A stretch of 64,000 bases of DNA from an uncultured Bacilli bacterium (GTDB lineage Bacteria > Bacillota_I > Bacilli_A > RF39 > UBA660). The position numbers and the translations under genes are program-made. The notes beneath the pieces were generated by a model, which had not been told where the DNA came from, made no database searches, and saw only the letters and a list, made by a program, of their open reading frames with translations. The stretch lies in assembly GCA_934096735.1 (NCBI GenBank), contig CAKOMS010000003.1:7298-71297 (forward strand), written 5' to 3'. Shown here piece after piece: positions 35,500 through 46,889 of this stretch (positions are counted from its first letter, which is position 1; every line of letters begins with the position of its first letter).

Positions 35500-35740
35500 T
35501 TGACAAATAGTTTTTTTTATTATAAAATCTAGTAAATCGAAGAGAAGGACCCTAGTAGTTATGAATATAACTTTTGTAGAGAACTAATGGTTGGTGAAAA
35601 TTAGTAAAGTCTTCATAGTGAATAAAAACCTTTGAGAGAATTTTATCCGGTTGAACCGTTATAACTTAAGAGAATCAGTTAATGATTAAAGAAGGGTGGT
35701 ACCACGAAAGAATCGTCCCTTTAGTCATTAACTTTTTTTA
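35500..35740 (+). promoter_or_regulatory. promoter plus T-box leader (tRNA-sensing riboswitch) of lysS
   Basis: TTGACA, 17 nt spacer, TAAAAT. Stem I elements are present (agaga, distal ggtgaaa). The canonical T-box/antiterminator is aaGGGTGGTACCACG...CGTCCCtt with a 7-nt tggtacc bulge. It is followed by the gttaatgattaaag/ctttagtcattaac helix and T7. An AAA in the gaataaaaacc region is a plausible Lys specifier. Confidence 0.7.
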
Positions 35741-35757
35741 TTATATAGAAAGAAGGA

Positions 35758-37257
35758 ATGGATATGGAAAGAACATTTACTGAACAAGAGTTGGTAAGAA
35801 GAGAAAAGGCTGAAAATTTAAGAAAACTTGGTCTTGATCCTTTTGGACAAAGATTTGATAGAACAAGTAATTCTAAGGATATTTTTGAAAAATATAATGA
35901 AATGAGTAAAGAAGAACTTGAAAGTTTAAAACCAGAAGTTAGTATTGCTGGAAGAATTATGAATAAAAGAAGAAGTGGTAAAGCTGGTTTTATGGATATT
36001 CAAGATAAGTATGGTAATATTCAAATTTATATTAGTATTAGTGATGTTGGAGAAAGTGAATATGAGCTTTATAAATCATGTGATTTAGGAGATATTATTG
36101 GTATTAATGGTTTTGTCTGTAAAACTAATACTGGTGCATTAACTGTACATGCTACAAAATATACTCATTTAGTTAAAGCATTAAAACCACTTCCTGAAAA
36201 GTATCATGGTCTTACTGATATAGAAGAAAGATACAGAAGAAGATATGTTGATTTAATAATGAATGAAAATTCTAAGAAGATAGCATTTACTAGACCTAAG
36301 ATAATTAGATGTATACAAAATTTTATGGATGGTAGAGGTTTTACAGAAGTTGAGACTCCAGTGCTTACAAGTTTACTTACAGGTGCATCAGCAAGACCAT
36401 TTGTAACTCATCATAATGCACAAGATATGGATATGTATCTAAGAATTGCTTTAGAACTTCCACTTAAGAGATTACTTGTTGGTGGTATGGAAGCGGTTTA
36501 TGAAATTGGTAGAGTATTTAGAAATGAAGGAATGGATTTAAAGCATAATCCTGAGTTTACTTTAATGGAAGCATATTTAGCATATTCTAATTTAGATGGT
36601 ATGATGGAACTTACTGAAAGTATGTTTCAAACTATAGCTAATACTGTATTTAATAAAACTGTATTTAATTGGAGTGGTTATGAAATTGATTTAAAAGGAC
36701 CTTGGAAAAGAATTTCTATGACTGATGCAATAAAAGAGAAAACTGGTATTGATTTTAAGAAAGAAATGAGTGTAGAAGAAGCTTTAAAATTATGTGAAGA
36801 ACATAATATTGAAGTACAAGAACATGAAAGAAATGTTGGTCATATAATTAATTTGTTCTTTGAAAAATATGTTGAAGAAACATTAATTCAACCTACATTC
36901 TTATATGGTCATCCAGTTGAAATAAGTCCACTTACTAAGAGAAATCCAGAAGATCCAAGATTTGTAGATCGTTTTGAATTATTTATTGGCGGTAAAGAAT
37001 TTGCAAATGCTTATACAGAATTAAATGATCCAATTGATCAACTTGCCAGATTTGAAGATCAAATAAGTGAAAGAGATCTTGGTAATGACGAAGCTAATGA
37101 TATTGATATGGATTTTGTTGAAGCACTTGAATATGGTATGCCTCCTGCTGGTGGAATTGGTTATGGAATTGATAGACTTTGTATGTTATTTAATGAAACA
37201 GATACAATTAGAGAAGTAATATTATTTCCAACTATGAAAAATATCAATAAAAATTAG
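35758..37257 (+). CDS. lysS: lysine--tRNA ligase (class II)
   Basis: 499 aa; OB-fold N-terminus and class II motifs ([15 protein letters not shown]). Confidence 0.95.
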   Translation: MDMERTFTEQELVRREKAENLRKLGLDPFGQRFDRTSNSKDIFEKYNEMSKEELESLKPEVSIAGRIMNKRRSGKAGFMDIQDKYGNIQIYISISDVGESEYELYKSCDLGDIIGINGFVCKTNTGALTVHATKYTHLVKALKPLPEKYHGLTDIEERYRRRYVDLIMNENSKKIAFTRPKIIRCIQNFMDGRGFTEVETPVLTSLLTGASARPFVTHHNAQDMDMYLRIALELPLKRLLVGGMEAVYEIGRVFRNEGMDLKHNPEFTLMEAYLAYSNLDGMMELTESMFQTIANTVFNKTVFNWSGYEIDLKGPWKRISMTDAIKEKTGIDFKKEMSVEEALKLCEEHNIEVQEHERNVGHIINLFFEKYVEETLIQPTFLYGHPVEISPLTKRNPEDPRFVDRFELFIGGKEFANAYTELNDPIDQLARFEDQISERDLGNDEANDIDMDFVEALEYGMPPAGGIGYGIDRLCMLFNETDTIREVILFPTMKNINKN

Positions 37258-37347
37258 TGATAATTTAGTGATATTAGTGTTAAAAAAGCGTAAAATGCTT
37301 TTTTTTTGATTTTTAGAGTGTTATAATTTTTCTAGGAGGTAGAAAAG

Positions 37348-38841
37348 ATGACAAAGACACAAATTATAAGTCTTGTAGTTGTAGGTTTATTAACAGTTCT
37401 ATCTGGTTTTTTCATTTTTTGGAAATCTAAAAAACATACTGGTTTTAAATGTTTAGCATTGCTTTTATTTTTAGCAGTGGCTTTAACTTGGATTTTTCCA
37501 TATGGATATTACCAAGGAGCTGAATACTATGAGTATGGTATGCAATATCAAGGAATATTTGATATTCCAAATATTATGTATTATGCAATTAGTTTTGGAT
37601 GCGATAAGATTATATTCTTAATTCTTTTAGGAGTATTCTATGCAATACTTAGTAAATGTAATGGATATAAGAAATTAGTTCATAATATCGCAAAAAGATT
37701 TGAAGGGATGGAAGTTGTATTTAGTATATTTGTATCACTATTTTTGGTAGCTCTTACAGTACTACTTAATCAAACATTTATGGTACTTGTATTTGTTCCA
37801 TTTTTAGTATCAATATTACTAAATATGAAATTTGATAAAATTAGTACATTTTCTGTTACTTTTGGATCTATATTAGTAGGTATTTTAGGTACTTTATATG
37901 GTACTGAAGGTCTTTTAGGTTTTGGAGATTATACTGGTATAAATTCAACTGATAGTATCTTATGGAGATTATTAATTTTAGTTGCTGCATTTGTAATATT
38001 TAATTTTATTAATATATTACATATTAAAAAGAATTTAAAAGAAAATAAAAAAGTTAATGAAGAAAAGGAAGATCCATTTAAAGTTGAAAATGTAAAAGAT
38101 GGTAAAACTTGGCCAATTATAGTAGTACTTGCTTTAGTATTTATTATAACTATCTTAGGTTTTGTTGGATGGAGTAATTATTTCAATATTAAATGTTTTG
38201 ATGAATTCCATAATTATTTATATGGTCTTACTATTGGAGAAGAAAAAAGTTTCTTTATTTTCAAAGAATTACTTGGAAAAGTTAATGCTGATAAAGCACT
38301 TGGTACTTGGACATTATTCCATGGAAGTATTATTCTTGCATTCTTTAGTATTATTCTAGGATTATGTAATAGAATTAAATTTGATGAATTTGTTGATGCA
38401 GCAGATGAAGGAATCAAAAAATTTGGTAAGAGTATTGGATTATTTGTAATGGTATATATGATATTTGCTATTGGATATTTATGTCCATTTATACCATCAA
38501 TCTTAAATGTAATGTTTAAGGGTGGATCTCATTTTAATCCATATTTAGTTAGTTTAGGAGCATTAATTTCTAACTTAACTTATACTGATTTAGGATTTGT
38601 TGGATATTTGGTAGGTTCATTCTTTACAGGTTCATATGGAACTAATTTATCTGTACTTCATACAATATTTGTTAGTACTTATGGACTTTTACAAATTATT
38701 GGGCCAACAAGTGCAATTATGTTAATTGGACTAGGATATTTAGATATTGATTATAAATCTTGGATTAAATATATTTGGATCTTTGCTGTAAGTATGTTAG
38801 TTATCTTAATACTAGTATTTACATTAATGACATATGTTTAA
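37348..38841 (+). CDS. polytopic membrane protein, YfcC/DcuC-like putative transporter
   Basis: 497 aa with about 12 hydrophobic segments and general similarity to YfcC-family permeases; RBS aggagg. Confidence 0.5.
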   Translation: MTKTQIISLVVVGLLTVLSGFFIFWKSKKHTGFKCLALLLFLAVALTWIFPYGYYQGAEYYEYGMQYQGIFDIPNIMYYAISFGCDKIIFLILLGVFYAILSKCNGYKKLVHNIAKRFEGMEVVFSIFVSLFLVALTVLLNQTFMVLVFVPFLVSILLNMKFDKISTFSVTFGSILVGILGTLYGTEGLLGFGDYTGINSTDSILWRLLILVAAFVIFNFINILHIKKNLKENKKVNEEKEDPFKVENVKDGKTWPIIVVLALVFIITILGFVGWSNYFNIKCFDEFHNYLYGLTIGEEKSFFIFKELLGKVNADKALGTWTLFHGSIILAFFSIILGLCNRIKFDEFVDAADEGIKKFGKSIGLFVMVYMIFAIGYLCPFIPSILNVMFKGGSHFNPYLVSLGALISNLTYTDLGFVGYLVGSFFTGSYGTNLSVLHTIFVSTYGLLQIIGPTSAIMLIGLGYLDIDYKSWIKYIWIFAVSMLVILILVFTLMTYV

Positions 38842-38940
38842 TAAATAAATTAAGAGTTTTATTAAAAGACTCTTTTTTATTTGAATAAATTAATTATAAA
38901 TATATCATTATTAACATAGAATTGTAAGGGAGAGAATGAT

Positions 38941-41052
38941 ATGTTTAATAATTTTGGAATTAATATTAGTAATTTATTTAAAGTAGCAGAAAAAGAAAGA
39001 TATGAATTAAAACATCCTTATGTTGGTACTGAACACTTGCTACTTGCTATATTAAAATGTGATGAAGAACTTAAGAGTTTTTTATCTAAATATAATTTAA
39101 CTTATGATAATTTTAAAAAAGAACTTATTTTAGTGGTTGGTACTAGTTCTAAAAGTACTACAATAAATTTGTATACTCCGATGCTTAAAAGAGTTATTAA
39201 TACTGCAATTTCTAATAGTAAAGAGAAGTGTAATGGAGTTGTTAGTAGTAAAGAGTTACTTCTTGCTATTATTGAAGAAGGAGAAGGTATTGCAATAAGG
39301 CTTTTATTGGGTATGGGTATTGATACAGATATTATTTATAGTAAACTTAATGATAATATAAAAAGTAATAAGAAATTAGAAATATTTGAAGTTGGAGTTC
39401 TTCTTAATAGTAATATCAATATGAATGAACAAGTTATTGGAAGAGATAAAGAAATTGATTCAATTATTGAAACACTTCTTAGAAAGAAAAAAAATAATCC
39501 CTTACTAATTGGAGATGCCGGAGTTGGTAAAACTGCTATTGTTGAAGAATTTGTAAGAAGGATAGAAAAAAAAGAAGTACCGGAAGATTTATTTGATAAA
39601 AAGGTGGTTTCTTTAGAAATGGGAGCCTTAGTGTCTGGTACTAAGTATCGTGGAGAATTTGAAGAAAAATTAACAAAAATTATTAAAGAACTTGAAAATA
39701 ATCCAGATATTATTTTATTTATCGATGAAATACATTCTATGGTTAATGCTGGTGGTGCAGAGGGTGCTATTAATGCTAGTGATATTTTTAAACCTGCTCT
39801 TGCAAGAGGAGATGTTAAATGTATTGGAGCTACTACCACTGAAGAATATCAAAGATATTTTCAAAAAGATAAGGCATTAATGAGAAGATTTGAAGTTATT
39901 AATATATGTGAACCAAATAATGAAAAAACAAAGGATATTTTATATAAAATAAAGAATGAGTATGAAACTCATCACAATGTTAATATTACTGATGATAATA
40001 TTAATTTAATTGTTTCTTTAACTGATAAATTTATAAGGAATAAAAAAAATCCAGACAAATCAATAGATTTTTTAGATAGTGTATGTTCAAGAGTTAAATC
40101 TTTAAATAATTATAATGTTATTAAAAAAGATTTTTATAATAAACTTAGTAAATTAAGAGAAGAAAAAGAGAAAGCAGTGAGTTCAAATGACTATGATAAA
40201 GCAGTTTTAATTTATAGTGAAGAAGTTAATATTAATAATAAATTAAATTCTAATTTAAGTAAATTAAAGTATGATATAAGTGAAAAAGATATTATTGAGG
40301 TTTTAGAAAATAAGACTAATATGGTATTTACTTTAGATAAAATGAAATTTTTAGATAATATTAAAGTAAATGTAAATAGTAAACTTTTTAATTTAGAAAA
40401 TGAAACTAATATGATATGTGAATTAATTAAAAATAATTTAATTAATAAAATGGGATGTCTTAAAGTTTATTTAGAAGGGGAAAAATATTTAGGTAAAAGT
40501 AGTTTAGTAAAAATTATTGGTGAGAGTTTTCCAAAAGCTAATTATATTAGAATTGATTTAAGTGAGTTTAGAAGTTCAACTGATATTAATAAACTTATTG
40601 GTACTACTCAAGGATATATTGGGTATGGTGATGAACATTTATTATCTAGAGTTAAAAACAATAATTTTAATATAATTCATTTTGATAATTATAGTTTATG
40701 TCATGATAATGTTAAAGAATTAATTAAAGAGATATTAAAAGAAAAATGTATTAGAGATAATTTGGGTGAAAAAATATATTTTGATAATTCTTTTATATTT
40801 ATAACAGATGATATTATTAAAAAAAGTAGTGTAGGATTTAGTAACGAACAGGGTGAAAATGTTGAAAGTGAATTATATGGATTAGTTGATAAAGTTATTA
40901 AATTTAAATCACTTGATAAGAAAACAGTTTTAAATTATTTAGATAAATATGAAATTGAAGATAAAGATGAAATATTAAATAAATGTAATTATGAGATTTA
41001 TAATTATAAAAAGTTGTGTAAAATGGTTAGTGATAAATTACTTGTTAGATAG
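38941..41052 (+). CDS. Clp/Hsp100 AAA+ ATPase, ClpC-like with divergent second nucleotide-binding domain
   Basis: Clp_N repeats (GTEHLLLAIL, SKELLLAII). NBD1 has GDAGVGKTAI and ILFIDEIH. NBD2 retains only a weak P-loop (GEKYLGKSS). 703 aa, shorter than typical ClpC. Confidence 0.7.
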   Translation: MFNNFGINISNLFKVAEKERYELKHPYVGTEHLLLAILKCDEELKSFLSKYNLTYDNFKKELILVVGTSSKSTTINLYTPMLKRVINTAISNSKEKCNGVVSSKELLLAIIEEGEGIAIRLLLGMGIDTDIIYSKLNDNIKSNKKLEIFEVGVLLNSNINMNEQVIGRDKEIDSIIETLLRKKKNNPLLIGDAGVGKTAIVEEFVRRIEKKEVPEDLFDKKVVSLEMGALVSGTKYRGEFEEKLTKIIKELENNPDIILFIDEIHSMVNAGGAEGAINASDIFKPALARGDVKCIGATTTEEYQRYFQKDKALMRRFEVINICEPNNEKTKDILYKIKNEYETHHNVNITDDNINLIVSLTDKFIRNKKNPDKSIDFLDSVCSRVKSLNNYNVIKKDFYNKLSKLREEKEKAVSSNDYDKAVLIYSEEVNINNKLNSNLSKLKYDISEKDIIEVLENKTNMVFTLDKMKFLDNIKVNVNSKLFNLENETNMICELIKNNLINKMGCLKVYLEGEKYLGKSSLVKIIGESFPKANYIRIDLSEFRSSTDINKLIGTTQGYIGYGDEHLLSRVKNNNFNIIHFDNYSLCHDNVKELIKEILKEKCIRDNLGEKIYFDNSFIFITDDIIKKSSVGFSNEQGENVESELYGLVDKVIKFKSLDKKTVLNYLDKYEIEDKDEILNKCNYEIYNYKKLCKMVSDKLLVR

Positions 41053-41172
41053 CTAAAAATTACTAGAGATAGTAGTTTTTTTATAAATTACTTTACACTT
41101 TAAAATATTTTTTTATTGCATGATAAAAAATAAAATTATATACTTATAGAGTAGATATAAGAGGTGTTTAAA

Positions 41173-41481
41173 ATGTCCGGTAGTACAGGATATAAAGATA
41201 AATTACTTAAAGTGTCTTTTTGGATATTTGGTATTAGTTTTATAGTTACTTTTATTTCTTTAATGGTTGATTCTGTTATAAGAAGTATTATTATAAATAA
41301 AGATATTTTAAGTATGAGTAGTAATGTTGTTTTAGTTATTTTAATTATTAATTTTATATTTAATTTAATTGGTATTGGAATATTTTTAGTTAGTTTACAA
41401 GGAAATAATGATAAAATTGTTGATAGTAATGATTATGTAGTTTTGAAAAAAGAAGATTATGATAAAATAATTAATGGTTAA
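41173..41481 (+). CDS. small hypothetical membrane protein
   Basis: ORF with two hydrophobic helices; no recognisable family. Confidence 0.35.
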   Translation: MSGSTGYKDKLLKVSFWIFGISFIVTFISLMVDSVIRSIIINKDILSMSSNVVLVILIINFIFNLIGIGIFLVSLQGNNDKIVDSNDYVVLKKEDYDKIING

Positions 41482-41529
41482 AAGTAATAATGAAAAACAT
41501 TAGATATTATTAGTGTTCATGATGAAAAA

Positions 41530-42222
41530 TTAGATTTTTTTGTTTTTTATAAATTCACGGAGTGTTTTTGTAAGTGCTCTTTTTTCTATTCTTGAAACAT
41601 AACTTCTAGATATACCTAGAGAATCTGCAATTTCCTTTTGGGTTAAATCTTTTTCATTATTAAGGCCATATCTTTTAATTATTATTTCTTTTTCTCTTTT
41701 ATTTAATTTATTTATATATTTCTTTAATAAATCAATATTATCCTTTGTATCAATAACATCAATAATATCTTCTTTTTTGTCTTCGATCATATCACTTAGA
41801 TTAATTTCATTACCTTCTTTATCGTAACCAATTGAATCATTTAAAGAGATAGTATTTTTTTGTTTTTTGGTAGTTCTATAATACATTAATATTTCATTTT
41901 GTATGCATCTTGCTGCATAAGTGGTAATCTTTACAGTTGGAGTTTTTTTGTAAGTATCAATTCCTTTTATTAATCCAATTGTACCGATTGATATTAAATC
42001 ATCCATTCCGGTACTTTTAGCATCAAATTTTTTAACTATATGTGCTACTAATCTAAGATTGTGTTCAATTAATTTACTTCTTGCTTCAGTGCTTCCTTTA
42101 AGCATTTCATCTACTAAAGTGTCTTCTTCTTCTTTACTTAGTGGTGGTGGAAAAACATTATTTCCATAACTTCCTGTAAAGAACATCATACTTTTTACTA
42201 AACTTATTAAATATAAAAACAT
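41530..42222 (-). CDS. sigK: sporulation sigma factor K (pro-sigma-K), uninterrupted
   Basis: LIEHNLRLVAHIVKKF, LISIGTIGLIKGI, TYAARCIQNEILM, DKEGNEI and GISRSYVSRIEKRAL closely match Bacillus SigK; a hydrophobic N-terminal pro-sequence is present. Confidence 0.8.
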   Translation of the reverse strand: MFLYLISLVKSMMFFTGSYGNNVFPPPLSKEEEDTLVDEMLKGSTEARSKLIEHNLRLVAHIVKKFDAKSTGMDDLISIGTIGLIKGIDTYKKTPTVKITTYAARCIQNEILMYYRTTKKQKNTISLNDSIGYDKEGNEINLSDMIEDKKEDIIDVIDTKDNIDLLKKYINKLNKREKEIIIKRYGLNNEKDLTQKEIADSLGISRSYVSRIEKRALTKTLREFIKNKKI

Positions 42223-42332
42223 AATTCACTTCCTAATAAAATATATGTCTAAGTTTTTATTTAAGTAGTCTAAAATTGAAATTAAACTTTTAAATGTGTA
42301 CTATTTTAGATATAATAAATATGGGTGATATT

Positions 42333-44891
42333 ATGCAAAGGAAAGTAGTTTTAGTTGATGGTAATAATTTGCTATTTCGTTCTTATTATGCTACTGCATA
42401 TACTGGAACAATACTCAGAAATAGTAAAGGATTACCTACAAATGCTTTATACGGATTTTCTTCAATGATTAATAAAATAATTAATGAAGAAGAACCGGAC
42501 TACATGGTTGTAGCATTTGATATCGGGAGAAATTTTAGAAAAAAAGAGTATGATTTTTATAAGGAAGGAAGGCAAGATACTCCAGATGAGTTAAAAGTAC
42601 AGATGCCTATTGCAAGAGAGTTACTTGATGCGATGGGGATAAGTCATATGGAACTTGAACCTTATGAGGCTGATGATATCATTGGTACTATATCTAAAAA
42701 GAGTAGTTTAAATGATGAATATTATTCATTAATTGTTTCTAGTGATAAAGATTTACTTCAACTTATTGATGATGAAACAGAAGTTAAGTTACTGAAACAA
42801 ACTGGATTCATTAGATATAATAAAGAATCTTTTATGAATGATTATGGTGTTTCACCAATTAAAATAATTGATTTAAAAGCATTGATGGGAGATTCTTCAG
42901 ATAATATACCTGGTGTAAAAGGAATTGGAGAAAAAACGGCTTTAAAACTTTTACAAGAATATGGTTCACTTGATAATATTTATAATAATATAGATAGTAT
43001 TAAGGGTAAATTAAAAGAAAAGTTAGAAAATGATAAGGAAAATGCTTATATTAGTTATAAACTTGCTACTATATATAGAGAAGTTCCATTAGATGTGGAT
43101 TTTGAAAGTTTTAAATATAAGGGACCTGATGTAATTAAATTAAGAGAAATGTATGAAGAATTAGAATTTTATTCTCTTATTAAAAATATTAATGTAAAAG
43201 AGGATGAAAGTAAATCTTGTGATTACGTATTAGTTAAGAATATTGATGAGATTCTTGTCTCTTCTAGTGATGAAGTTGCATATTATTTAGAAATGGATGA
43301 TTATAATTATCATTTAGGTAATATGTTAAAACTTGGTATTGCTACTAAAGATAAGACTTATATAGTAGATAGTGATTTAATAAGTAGTGCAATGGATAAA
43401 ATTAAAGATAATAAATTGTATACTTATGATTTAAAGAAAAGTTTAGTTAAAATAGGAATGGATATTAAAAGTAAAGATTTAATGGTAGCATCTTATATAT
43501 TAAATTATAATAGTTTAGAAGATATAAGTACACTTATGAATGAGTTTGGATTAGATATTCCTAAGTATGAAAATATTAAGAAAAATAAATTTGAAAATAT
43601 TAATGAACTTGTTTCTAAAAAGGTTAGATTCATATATGATAATTCTAAAAAAATATTTGATAAATTAAATGAAGATGAGAAAAATTTATATGAAAATGTA
43701 GAACATCCTTTAATTTATGTACTTGCTAGTATGGAAGTAGCAGGATTTAAATTTGATGCTTCTAAAAATACTACTTTAAAAGAAGAAATTAATAAAAGAG
43801 TTGATATTTTAAAAGAAGAAATATATGAACTTGCTGGATGTACTTTTAATATAGCAAGTCCTAAACAACTTGGAGATGTATTATTTGAAAAATTAAAAAT
43901 TGGAGTTTCTAAAAAGAATGATTATGGATATAAAACTGATGTTAAAACATTAAAGAAGTATGCAGTGGATTATCCAATAGTAGATAAAGTATTAGAATAT
44001 AGAAATATTACTAAGATATTAAATACTTATTTAGAAAGTTTAGAAGAATATGCTAAATATGATGGAAAAATACATACAATATTTAATCAAACTTTAACTA
44101 GGACTGGTAGACTTTCATCTAGTGAACCAAATTTACAAAATATTCCTGTTAAAGAAGAACTTGGTAAAAAAGTAAGAATTGCATTTGTTCCTAGTAATGA
44201 TATTTTAATAAGTGCAGATTATAGTCAAATTGAACTTAGAATATTGGCACATATTTCTAATTGTAAAGAGTTAATTGAAGCATTTAGAAGCGATGAAGAT
44301 ATACATACGAAGGTTGCAAGTGATATATATGGTGTTAGTGATAAAGAAGTTACTAAAAAGATGAGAAGTACTGCTAAAGCTGTTATATTTGGCATAGTTT
44401 ATGGTATTAGTGGATTTGGTTTAGGAGAAAATTTAAATATTAGTCAAAAGGAAGCTAAAGAGTTTATTAATAAATATTATGAATTTTATCCTGGTGTAAA
44501 AGAATATATGGAAAATATTAAAGAGTATGCTTATAAAAATGGATATGTTACTACTATGTTTGGAAGAGTTAGAAATATTGGAGAGTTAAAAGATAGTAAT
44601 TTCCATGTAAGAACTATGGGTGAAAGAATGGCTTTAAATACTCCAATACAAGGTACTAGTGCAGATATTATGAAAATGGCTATGATAAATGTATATAATA
44701 GATTCATAAGTGAAGGAATAAAAAGTAAAGTTATACTTCAAGTACATGACGAAATTATAATTGATGCCTTTAAAGATGAAGAAGAAAAAATTGAAAAAAT
44801 ATTAAAAGAAGAAATGGAAGGAGTAGTAAAATTATCTGTTCCATTAAAAGTTGAAGTTAATACAGGAATAAATTGGTATTCTGTTAAATAA
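42333..44891 (+). CDS. polA: DNA polymerase I
   Basis: 5'-nuclease N-terminus (VLVDGNNLLFRSYYA), polymerase motifs (DYSQIELRILAH, QVHDEI). Start at ATG 42333 (or 42321), because tataat at 42311 argues against 42294. Confidence 0.9.
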   Translation: MQRKVVLVDGNNLLFRSYYATAYTGTILRNSKGLPTNALYGFSSMINKIINEEEPDYMVVAFDIGRNFRKKEYDFYKEGRQDTPDELKVQMPIARELLDAMGISHMELEPYEADDIIGTISKKSSLNDEYYSLIVSSDKDLLQLIDDETEVKLLKQTGFIRYNKESFMNDYGVSPIKIIDLKALMGDSSDNIPGVKGIGEKTALKLLQEYGSLDNIYNNIDSIKGKLKEKLENDKENAYISYKLATIYREVPLDVDFESFKYKGPDVIKLREMYEELEFYSLIKNINVKEDESKSCDYVLVKNIDEILVSSSDEVAYYLEMDDYNYHLGNMLKLGIATKDKTYIVDSDLISSAMDKIKDNKLYTYDLKKSLVKIGMDIKSKDLMVASYILNYNSLEDISTLMNEFGLDIPKYENIKKNKFENINELVSKKVRFIYDNSKKIFDKLNEDEKNLYENVEHPLIYVLASMEVAGFKFDASKNTTLKEEINKRVDILKEEIYELAGCTFNIASPKQLGDVLFEKLKIGVSKKNDYGYKTDVKTLKKYAVDYPIVDKVLEYRNITKILNTYLESLEEYAKYDGKIHTIFNQTLTRTGRLSSSEPNLQNIPVKEELGKKVRIAFVPSNDILISADYSQIELRILAHISNCKELIEAFRSDEDIHTKVASDIYGVSDKEVTKKMRSTAKAVIFGIVYGISGFGLGENLNISQKEAKEFINKYYEFYPGVKEYMENIKEYAYKNGYVTTMFGRVRNIGELKDSNFHVRTMGERMALNTPIQGTSADIMKMAMINVYNRFISEGIKSKVILQVHDEIIIDAFKDEEEKIEKILKEEMEGVVKLSVPLKVEVNTGINWYSVK

Positions 44892-44894
44892 AAT

Positions 44895-44920
44895 TAATTC
44901 TTTTTGAATTAGTTTTTTTT
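44895..44920 (+). terminator. rho-independent terminator after polA
   Basis: taattc-ttttt-gaatta hairpin followed by T8. Confidence 0.5.
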
Positions 44921-44950
44921 AAGTTATGATATAATTAGAAGGGTGATGTT

Positions 44951-45772
44951 ATGCCAGAACTTGCAGAAGTTGAAACAGTAAGAAATACGTTAAAAAAAAG
45001 AATATTAAATAAAAAGGTTAGTGATGTAGTTATTATTTATGATGGGGTAGTAAAAAATGATTTGGATTTTTTTAGAAAAAGTCTTATTGGAAATGAATTT
45101 TGTGATATTTTAAGAATTGGTAAATGGTTAATATTTGAACTTAATGATTATTATTTATTGAGTCATTTGAGAATGGAAGGAAAATACTTTATAAAAAATA
45201 GTAATGAACCTTTTGCTAAACATGAACATGTTATTATTAGATTTTGTGATAATACTGATTTAAGATATCATGATGTTAGAAAATTTGGAGTAATTAAAAT
45301 TGTTAAAAAAGAAGATTTATATAATACAGAAGAAATTAAAAAACAAGGACCTGAAATTATAAGTGATAATCTTACTAGTGAGTATTTATTAGAAAAATTT
45401 AAAAAATGTAGGTTACCAATTAAGACCGCTTTACTTTCTCAAGATATTATTAGTGGTATTGGTAATATTTATGCAGATGAAATACTTTTTGCTTCTTTTA
45501 TAAATCCTTTAAAGAAAGCATGTTTTTTAACTCAAGATGAATGTGAAAAAATTATTTTAAATGGACGTAATATTTTGAATAAAGCAATAGAAGAAGGTGG
45601 ATGTACAATTAGGAGTTATACTTCTAGCTTAGGTGTTATTGGAAATTATCAAAATTATTTAAAGGTGCATAAAAAAGAGGGAGAAAAATGTCCTAATTGT
45701 GGAAATGTAATAAAAAGAATAAAAGTTGGAGGAAGAAGTACTTATTATTGTGATAAATGTCAAGATAACTAA
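44951..45772 (+). CDS. mutM: formamidopyrimidine-DNA glycosylase
   Basis: MPELAEVETV N-terminus, H2TH region, C-terminal CPNCG...YYCDKCQ zinc finger. Confidence 0.9.
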   Translation: MPELAEVETVRNTLKKRILNKKVSDVVIIYDGVVKNDLDFFRKSLIGNEFCDILRIGKWLIFELNDYYLLSHLRMEGKYFIKNSNEPFAKHEHVIIRFCDNTDLRYHDVRKFGVIKIVKKEDLYNTEEIKKQGPEIISDNLTSEYLLEKFKKCRLPIKTALLSQDIISGIGNIYADEILFASFINPLKKACFLTQDECEKIILNGRNILNKAIEEGGCTIRSYTSSLGVIGNYQNYLKVHKKEGEKCPNCGNVIKRIKVGGRSTYYCDKCQDN

Positions 45773-45804
45773 TTATTAAATATATAATTTAAATGAGGGA
45801 TGAA

Positions 45805-46887
45805 ATGAAAAACATTATTAAAAATATTTTAAATGAGATTGAAAAAAATGGATTTAAGGCATATTTAGTTGGTGGTTTTGTAAGAGATTATTTACTTGGT
45901 AAAGAAAGTATGGATGTTGATATTTGTACAAATGCACTTCCTAAAGATTTACATAAAATGTTTCCAAATAATTCGAATAGTAATCTTTATGGAGGATTTA
46001 ATTTGAAGATTAAAAATTATAATATTGATATAACTACTTTTAGAAAAGAGTTAAAATATGCTAATAGAAAACCTACTGAGATAGTATATATAGATAGTTT
46101 AGAAGAAGATATTGTAAGAAGAGATTTTACAATTAATTCTATATGTATGAATTCTTCTTGTGAAATTATAGATTTAGTTAATGGTTGTGATGATTTAAAT
46201 AAAAGAATTATTAGAATGCTTGGTAATATAAAAGAAAGGTTAACTGAAGATCCTTTAAGAATACTTAGAGCGATTAGATTTGCTACTATACTTGATTTTG
46301 ATATTGATAGTGAACTTGATAAGGAAATAATGGATAATTATATGCTTGTTAATAATTTAACTAGTGATAGATGTAAAATGGAACTTAATAAAATATTTAT
46401 GTCTAAAAACTATAATAAAGGGTTGGAGTTATTAAAAAGGTATAATTTGTTAGATATACTTGGTTTGTCTTATGATGAAGTTAGTTATGTAAGCGATATT
46501 TCTGGTATGTGGGCTCAGTTTAATATTAGTAGAAATTATGGATTTACAAAACAAGAATTAACTAATATAATAAAGATTAAAGAAATTTTGAATATTGGTG
46601 TTATAAATAATAAGATACTTTATAAGTATGGGTTGTATTGTTCTTTAGTAGCTGGAGAAATTTTAAATATTAATAAGAAAACTATATTAAAGAGATATAA
46701 TAAACTTGATATTAAAAGTATGAATGATTTACAAATTAGTAATAAAGAAATTATAGAACTATTAGATATTGAACCAGGTAAAATTATAAGTGATGTAAAA
46801 AAAGATATTGTTAATGAAATATTAAATGGTAAACTTAAAAATAGAAATAATGATATTAGAAAGTATATATTAAAAAGAAAGGAATAA
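45805..46887 (+). CDS. cca: CCA-adding tRNA nucleotidyltransferase
   Basis: YLVGGFVRDYLLGK...DVDI polymerase-beta motif, RDFTINS; start at ATG 45805 after gaggga. Confidence 0.85.
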   Translation: MKNIIKNILNEIEKNGFKAYLVGGFVRDYLLGKESMDVDICTNALPKDLHKMFPNNSNSNLYGGFNLKIKNYNIDITTFRKELKYANRKPTEIVYIDSLEEDIVRRDFTINSICMNSSCEIIDLVNGCDDLNKRIIRMLGNIKERLTEDPLRILRAIRFATILDFDIDSELDKEIMDNYMLVNNLTSDRCKMELNKIFMSKNYNKGLELLKRYNLLDILGLSYDEVSYVSDISGMWAQFNISRNYGFTKQELTNIIKIKEILNIGVINNKILYKYGLYCSLVAGEILNINKKTILKRYNKLDIKSMNDLQISNKEIIELLDIEPGKIISDVKKDIVNEILNGKLKNRNNDIRKYILKRKE

Positions 46888-46889
46888 TT

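Noticed and set aside
39336-39839. 167-aa minus-strand ORF inside the ClpC-like gene, plus small ORFs at 39692..39880, 38162..38417, 3068..3322, 4270..4488, 15598..15789, 25651..25845, 27135..27356, 46620..47053, 50161..50361, 51202..51468, 54918..55145, 61768..61956 and 62271..62459
   Set aside because: All lie fully inside well-supported genes on the opposite strand or in another frame, have no family resemblance and lack ribosome-binding sites.
41530-42222. Possibility that sigK is interrupted by a skin-like element
   Set aside because: The ORF is continuous from the pro-sequence to region 4.2 (230 aa); there is no split.
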